Source of the DNA: Blastocladiella emersonii ATCC 22665
Taxonomy: Eukaryota; Fungi; Blastocladiomycota
DNA length: 64,000 nt
Assembly (NCBI GenBank): GCA_025594325.1
Contig: JANHCV010000002.1
Coordinates: forward strand, 1,612,001-1,676,000
Direction: 5' to 3'
Shown here: in pieces, positions 59,105 to 64,000 of the stretch
Numbering within the stretch: position 1 is the first letter of the stretch
How the letters are laid out: each line of letters opens with the position of its first letter
Program-made: the position numbers and the translations under genes
The notes under the pieces: generated by a model
What the model saw: only the letters and a program-made list of their open reading frames with translations
The model's database searches: none
What the model was told of the DNA's origin: nothing

Positions 59105-59540
59105 CCTCCCCCATGAGCCCGACTTGGGAACCAGCAGGGTCCGAGGTCACGACCACCAAACCGTGACCTGGTAAGCGACTGAGTCCGAGGTCACGACCCT
59201 CCCATGCTCCCAACTTGGGAGCCAGCAGGGCCCGAGGTCACGATCCTTGAACTGTGACCTGGGCAGCGACTGAGGGCAAAGTCACCGACCCCCCATGCTC
59301 CCGACTTGGGAGCCAATTGCGTCTCAGGTCACGATCCTTGAACCGTGACCTGGGCAGCAACTGAGGGCAAAGTCACCAACCCCCCATGCTCCCGACTTGG
59401 GAGCCAGTAGGGTCCGAGGTCACAACCCCCATGAGCCCAACTTGGGAGCCAGTAGGGTCCGAGGTCACGACCCCCATGAGACCAACTTGGGAGCCAGTAG
59501 GGTCCAAGGTCACAAACCTCTCAAACCGTGACCTGGGCCC
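59105..59540. repeat. Tandem array: three 91-bp units then 45-bp units, with internal palindromes
   Basis: Anchor CCATG..CCCRACTTGGGA at 59111, 59202, 59293, 59384, 59429, 59474 (spacings 91, 91, 91, 45, 45). Confidence 0.9.
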
Positions 59541-59609
59541 TCCCACGGTCCATGACTTGCCACCATCATGACCCTGACCCAGGCCCAGCTACCCAGAAAA
59601 AAGAACGTT

Positions 59610-59623
59610 GCGTTCAAACGCAC
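59610..59623 (+). promoter_or_regulatory. Element promoter motif GCGTTCAAACGCAC upstream of the recombinase
   Basis: Ends 39 nt before ATG 59663. Confidence 0.55.
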
Positions 59624-59662
59624 TTGAGCCCATGGAGCCTTTTTGTTGACAGTCAGTAAACC

Positions 59663-60805
59663 ATGGCGCTTGACTCTCTTGCCTCCCAGGTCGCCATTGC
59701 CCTCGCTCAGCACTTTGCCGCCGATGTAGTGCACCAAGTGCTCAATGGTATCAAGCCGCTGCTGGCATCCTTTGACGAGCGGCTCAAGGGAGTTGAGACC
59801 AGCCTCGCCGCGCTGGCTGCAGTGTTGCGTAACTGCAATCACCGTCCCAATCACACCCCCGTCGACGAGTCTGGCGAGCCCATGGACACTGATCCCCAGG
59901 TCAAGTACGTGCAGATGACCGAGGAATCCATTGCGGCGTGCGTCAATGCGCGTGTTCAGAACAAGCACGGGGAACTGGTTGAGCTGAGCGACACGGACAA
60001 GGCCAAGGCATCCCGCGTGCTCTGTGCCTTTGCCAAGTCGGGCATGGACATTGAAGACGTTGATGCCGTGTCCAAAGCTGTGGCAGCGTACCACGCGTCC
60101 AAGGGCGAGCAGGGGCTGCAGGTTGAGACGCTCAAGGCCCTGGCCAAGTACTGCACCTGGAATGGTCAGCCTGAACTTGGGGCCAAGTACACAGAGGCCA
60201 AGAAGCAGGACGCTGCCGACTTCTGCAACGCGCGCAAGGAACTCGAGTCTGGTGCGCTCCCGAGCCGTGACGCCATTCGCACTGCTATTGTTGATGCAAA
60301 GGGCTGGGACTCGGGCACGGGGCTTCTGCGTCTGTACCTCCAAGTCGTGAGTGCAGTGCGCAGCGACCCCGCGTTCCTGACCACAAAGCCAATCACTGGG
60401 TACCCGTACTACGACCCAGAGACCCAGATTCTGGCCAGCAATGTCATTGTCAAGACAGAGGGCTGTGGCTACAACTTCTCGCACACAGTTAGTGAGCCCA
60501 AGGTCGCCGCCGCTCTTGAGCGTATCATTGCCCAGCGTCTTGCCAAAGGCCATGACTTTGTCTTCAACAACTACACCTGCGAGGAGCTCAAGGACACCAT
60601 GCTCCGCAAGAGGGTTAGCAACACCTGGTGCAAGTCAATTCACCGGGCTGCAGAGACAGTTGGCTTTGAGGATGGCGGCGTGGCAGTGATCCGCCGTATC
60701 TCCACCAGCGAGAACTTTGCCGCGCAGCAAGCTATTGCTGACCGCGCACACGAGATGGGTCACAGCGTCCCTGTTGCCCTGACCTACTACATGACGCCTC
60801 AGTAA
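59663..60805 (+). CDS. Tyrosine recombinase of the virophage/PLV type (380 aa)
   Basis: Catalytic order R (SAVRSD), K (IVKT), xxxR (AVIRR, His absent), H (MGHS), Y (TYY) near the C-terminus. Confidence 0.75.
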   Translation: MALDSLASQVAIALAQHFAADVVHQVLNGIKPLLASFDERLKGVETSLAALAAVLRNCNHRPNHTPVDESGEPMDTDPQVKYVQMTEESIAACVNARVQNKHGELVELSDTDKAKASRVLCAFAKSGMDIEDVDAVSKAVAAYHASKGEQGLQVETLKALAKYCTWNGQPELGAKYTEAKKQDAADFCNARKELESGALPSRDAIRTAIVDAKGWDSGTGLLRLYLQVVSAVRSDPAFLTTKPITGYPYYDPETQILASNVIVKTEGCGYNFSHTVSEPKVAAALERIIAQRLAKGHDFVFNNYTCEELKDTMLRKRVSNTWCKSIHRAAETVGFEDGGVAVIRRISTSENFAAQQAIADRAHEMGHSVPVALTYYMTPQ

Positions 60806-60833
60806 TCCTTTTGTCTCCGCCTTTGTTAATACA

Positions 60834-61946
60834 ATGTATGCCCACGAAGAGCCGCTCACAGACGCACAGCAAGCATTCCTGACAGACTTGTACTACAAGC
60901 ACGGCCACGTAGGTGTTGGCATCCGTTGGCTCTTTGACATTGTGTCCAGAGAGAACACAGGGAAGCACATCTACCGCGCCCAGCTAGAGAGATGGCTCGG
61001 CAAACAGTCTGTGAGGCAGCAGTACAAACGCGCACCTCAGAAGCGCCAAGACATTCGAAGCATCAACTCAACAAGTCCTGGCCGCAACTTTCAGCTCGAC
61101 CTCATTGACATGGGCGAAAACGGTACGTACAAGGGCTTCCGTTACATTCTCACGTGTGTCAACCTGGCGAGCCGCCGCGTCTACCTCCAACCCATCAAGA
61201 CCAAGGACAAGACGCGGGAAGCATGGTCCAGCGTGGTCGCCAAGCACAGCCTTGCACCTGCCACGATCCAGACGGACAATGGGACCGAGTTCTTTGGAAT
61301 AGAGGCCGGGACCAAGGCCAAGCACATCAAGGGCAAGGCAGGAGTGCCATACGGTCAAGGTGTCATTGAGCGTATGAACGGGACCATCCGCCGGATGCTC
61401 ACACCGTGGCTGTCCATCCCGGGCAACAACGACTGGCCCAAGCACCTCGAGACCATTGAATCTGTCATCAACAGCAGCAAGTCGAGGGCCACGGGCAGGG
61501 CGCCCAACGAGTTCCATGACATGCCCCGCAAAACGGCCAAGGAAGAGCTCAAGGCAATCCGAGCTGCCAAGGGCAAGCCCGAGGGCAACCCTCTGAGCGC
61601 GTTGCTGAAGGTAGGGACCCAGGTCCGAGTCCGCGAGCCGTACAAGACTGCCATGGAGGCCAAGGGGAAGCCGGTCTGGTCGCCGACCGTGAGCCAGGTC
61701 CAGGTCGTGCGCAAGGGGTCGGGCGTGAGCAAGCCAAGCTACAAGGTCCAAGGCCTCAAGGGCTTCTACCCTCGAAGCGACGTCCAGCCAGTCACAGCGA
61801 CCCAGGACCCGCCAACAAGGCAGCGCGTAGGTCCAGGTCTTCCAAGGCTCCCTGTTGCGCGCACCCCAGTCACGCCAAGGGAGCCCTCGACCCGGGTCAG
61901 GCGCGTCCCAGTCCGAGTCCAAGAAAAGTGGGACCGCGGGCTTTAG
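60834..61946 (+). CDS. Retroviral-like (rve) DDE integrase, Maverick/Polinton type (370 aa)
   Basis: QLDLIDM, YILTCVNLASR, IQTDNGTEF, IERMNGTIRR, INSSKSRATGRAP. C-terminal KVGTQVRV..WS..YKV. No gag, RT or RNase H nearby. Confidence 0.92.
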   Translation: MYAHEEPLTDAQQAFLTDLYYKHGHVGVGIRWLFDIVSRENTGKHIYRAQLERWLGKQSVRQQYKRAPQKRQDIRSINSTSPGRNFQLDLIDMGENGTYKGFRYILTCVNLASRRVYLQPIKTKDKTREAWSSVVAKHSLAPATIQTDNGTEFFGIEAGTKAKHIKGKAGVPYGQGVIERMNGTIRRMLTPWLSIPGNNDWPKHLETIESVINSSKSRATGRAPNEFHDMPRKTAKEELKAIRAAKGKPEGNPLSALLKVGTQVRVREPYKTAMEAKGKPVWSPTVSQVQVVRKGSGVSKPSYKVQGLKGFYPRSDVQPVTATQDPPTRQRVGPGLPRLPVARTPVTPREPSTRVRRVPVRVQEKWDRGL

Positions 61947-63886
61947 AGCAGGGTCCAGTGGCTTTGAATGATGACCTGGCAGTCGTTGGCAACTGCGACT
62001 GACGGGATCCAGATGAAAGAGTAGCTCTTGGCCGCGTCAAGGTACTCAATGCTCGAGAACTGAAGGAACTGGACATTGCCTTCAGCACGGCACCCGGTGA
62101 CAAGCGACACTGCAATCATGTCCGTCATATTGTACAGCGCAAAGTTCACAGTGTGGGCTCCAGGGAGCGCGCCGTTTGCGTAGTAGCCCTTTGCATGGAC
62201 GAGGTAGTAGCCACTGACAGGGGGTTTGACGCATCCATTGATCACAGACGTGAACGCGCCCGCTGTGGACTGGAACGCAAAGGTGGCCGGGCCCGTTGAT
62301 GCTGTGCCGCCAATGATCTTGCCGCCCGTGGTCACTCCATTTGTAGAGCGGTGCTCGGCCTGAGCGACGTACCGGGTCGTGCCAGACCGCGAGTCAACGT
62401 ACGCCTTGTTTGCCGCGTTGGTGCCTGCCACTGGAGCAAGGTCAAGGGTGAGCTGCCCTGTGAAGCGACCAGTGCCATTGACGCGGAACCTTTCTGTGCC
62501 AAGCGTCGCCGAGCCCACGACCACATTGCCGCCACCTGCCACAAGGGAGACCCCGCCTGTGGTCGCAGACGCATTCTCAATGTTACCCGCCGCTGTGCAT
62601 GCCAGGTTGCTTCGCAGTACGCCTGCCTGCTTAAAGTCGACGTACGTCAATGTATTGGCAGCCGAGTCAAAGACAAGGTTCGCGCTTGTGGCATTCCGGA
62701 CCAGGACGTTGGGCACAGTCAGTTGCTTGCCAACTCCAAGACCACCAGCAATGGTGACTGCTCCAGTGCTTGATGTCAAACTGTCCGTCGTATTTGCAAA
62801 GGCAAAGGCAGCGCCGAGTCCAAGGGTGGACTGGGGGAGCGTGCCAGTGACCGAGGCTGCGCTCACGGCCGTGACCTTGGCCGAGACGTCGGGGAGTCGT
62901 GCCAGGTCAATGGTCCCTGCAAGCTTGGCCGAGTCAATGCCAGATGCCAGCTTGGCGTTGGTCAGGGTCCCGTTGGCGATGCGGGCAGGGTCAAGGATCC
63001 CAGTGAGCTTGACCGCCGACACGTCCGCGACCTTGGCGTCCGTGACTGCGCCTGCTGCCAGGTGGGCTGTTCCAATGGACCCGACGTTGAGCTTGCCCCC
63101 ATCAATGCCAGTTGCCAGCTTGGCGTTGGTCACGGCCGCGTCTGCCAGGACCAGGGAGCCAACCGTGCCTGCTGCCAGCTTGGACCCGTCGATGCCAGCT
63201 GCCACCTTGGCGTTGGATACAGCACCGTCTGCCAGGGCTCCCGTCCCAATAGTCCCTGCAACGAGCTTGGACCCAGACACAGACGCGACCTTGGCATCTG
63301 TGACTGCCAGGTCGATGAGAGCCACTGTGCCGACTGTGCCTGCCACGAGCTTGGACCCAGACACGGACGCGACCTTGGCATCAGTCACTGAGCCGTCTGC
63401 CAGGACCGAGGTCCCAACTGTGCCTGCCACGAGCTTGGACCCAGACACCGACGCGACCTTGGCATCAGTCACTGAGCCGTCTGCCAGAACCGAGGTCCCA
63501 ATGGCTGGGAGGTTGGACGCACTGAGTACGCCCACAACCTTGGACGCAGACACAGTGTCCAGCTGAGCATCAACGAGCTTGCCTGTGACCTGCCCTGCTG
63601 TAATCGTGGCGACCTTGTCGGCCGTGATGCTGGCTGGGAGCAGCTGTGCCGTACCAACCGACTTGACATAGAGCCCTGCTGCGCCCACGCCAAGGGTCTG
63701 GTTGTCGACCTTGGCCGACACAGTGGTCCCTGAGACTGCCACGCCAGGGCCAGCAACAGGTGTGCCAACCGTGGCGTACACGGCACTGATGGCCGCATCA
63801 ACGTAGGCCTTGGACACGTCCGGGACCCCCGTGGTAGACACGGTCAGAGACGCAGTACTTGAGACGTTAAAGATATTCTTGACCAT
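61943..63886 (-). CDS. Virion fibre/adhesin-like protein with 28-29-aa shaft repeats and a C1q-like head (about 647 aa)
   Basis: ATG at 63886. KAYVD motifs, about 6 repeats of GTSVLADGSVTDAKVASVSGSKLVAGTV, TGAVTIAGGLGVG, head with PPVSGYYLV. Confidence 0.75.
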   Translation of the reverse strand: MVKNIFNVSSTASLTVSTTGVPDVSKAYVDAAISAVYATVGTPVAGPGVAVSGTTVSAKVDNQTLGVGAAGLYVKSVGTAQLLPASITADKVATITAGQVTGKLVDAQLDTVSASKVVGVLSASNLPAIGTSVLADGSVTDAKVASVSGSKLVAGTVGTSVLADGSVTDAKVASVSGSKLVAGTVGTVALIDLAVTDAKVASVSGSKLVAGTIGTGALADGAVSNAKVAAGIDGSKLAAGTVGSLVLADAAVTNAKLATGIDGGKLNVGSIGTAHLAAGAVTDAKVADVSAVKLTGILDPARIANGTLTNAKLASGIDSAKLAGTIDLARLPDVSAKVTAVSAASVTGTLPQSTLGLGAAFAFANTTDSLTSSTGAVTIAGGLGVGKQLTVPNVLVRNATSANLVFDSAANTLTYVDFKQAGVLRSNLACTAAGNIENASATTGGVSLVAGGGNVVVGSATLGTERFRVNGTGRFTGQLTLDLAPVAGTNAANKAYVDSRSGTTRYVAQAEHRSTNGVTTGGKIIGGTASTGPATFAFQSTAGAFTSVINGCVKPPVSGYYLVHAKGYYANGALPGAHTVNFALYNMTDMIAVSLVTGCRAEGNVQFLQFSSIEYLDAAKSYSFIWIPSVAVANDCQVIIQSHWTLL

Positions 63887-63906
63887 GTTTAACCTTAAGC
63901 AACAGA

Positions 63907-64000
63907 ATGATTTCCAGCGACCATGACCTGAGCCTGGACGAGTGGCAGGAGCACCTCGCCGGGACCATGCCCGTGCCAAGCAGCTGGTACAGCAAGAGCG
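63907..64000 (+). CDS. Possible start of the next element gene (MISSDHDLSLDEWQEHL...), open to the window end
   Basis: 31 open codons only, divergent from the fibre gene. Confidence 0.25.
   Translation, partial: MISSDHDLSLDEWQEHLAGTMPVPSSWYSKS

Larger units (their letters stand above)
55219..64000. mobile_element. Endogenous Polinton-like virus / virus-like integrated element (left part; continues beyond the window)
   Basis: Abrupt break of a host gene and visibly fewer CpG-rich runs than host DNA. Four compact intronless ORFs: primase-helicase, tyrosine recombinase, DDE integrase and fibre. Left boundary uncertain within about 55207-55235. Confidence 0.85.

Noticed and set aside
58941-59213. 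N-terminal extension of the primase-helicase ORF given in the ORF track
   Set aside because: It is a translation of the repeat array and promoter region. The ATG at 58940 has the shared promoter cassette upstream.
59105-59540. CRISPR-like or guide-RNA array
   Set aside because: The intervening segments are copies of each other and diverged versions of the main repeat, not unique spacers. No cas-like gene is visible.
60834-61946. LTR retrotransposon remnant
   Set aside because: No gag, protease, RT, RNase H or LTRs. The integrase is a standalone ORF with a Maverick-like layout.
63887-63979. N-terminal extension of the fibre ORF
   Set aside because: Non-ATG start and Arg/Gly-rich shadow sequence. 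The ATG at 63886 has an AAAC context like other element genes.

Overview
GC-rich eukaryotic DNA with short GT(ACG)...CTRAC...YAG introns and an axonemal dynein, so most likely a zoosporic fungus; Blastocladiomycota is an inference. Positions 1-55.2 kb are host genes: SEC63, DNAH10, an Ulp1 SUMO protease, a divergent GT10 fucosyltransferase, a DUF1295 protein, a TTI2-like gene, an NmrA-like gene, an expanded F-box-like/ankyrin-like/LRR family, a five-copy tandem array of unknown multi-TM genes, two tandem secreted paralogs and a Q/H-rich protein ending in an integrase-type H2C2 finger. From about 55.2 kb to the window end, an LRR gene is cut off by an intronless, compact, apparently intact virus-like element. 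It encodes an AEP primase/UL9-like SF2 helicase fusion, a tyrosine recombinase, a Maverick-type DDE integrase and a virion-fibre-like protein. Its non-coding DNA has att-like palindromes at the junction, a concentric oriS-like dyad, a 45/91-bp repeat array, a shared promoter motif and repeat variants dominated by CpG transitions. This is the best candidate for an undescribed system: an endogenous Polinton-like virus with two integration chemistries. No capsid, packaging ATPase, protein-primed PolB or right end is visible, because the element runs off the window. All family assignments come from motif recognition by eye, not database searches.
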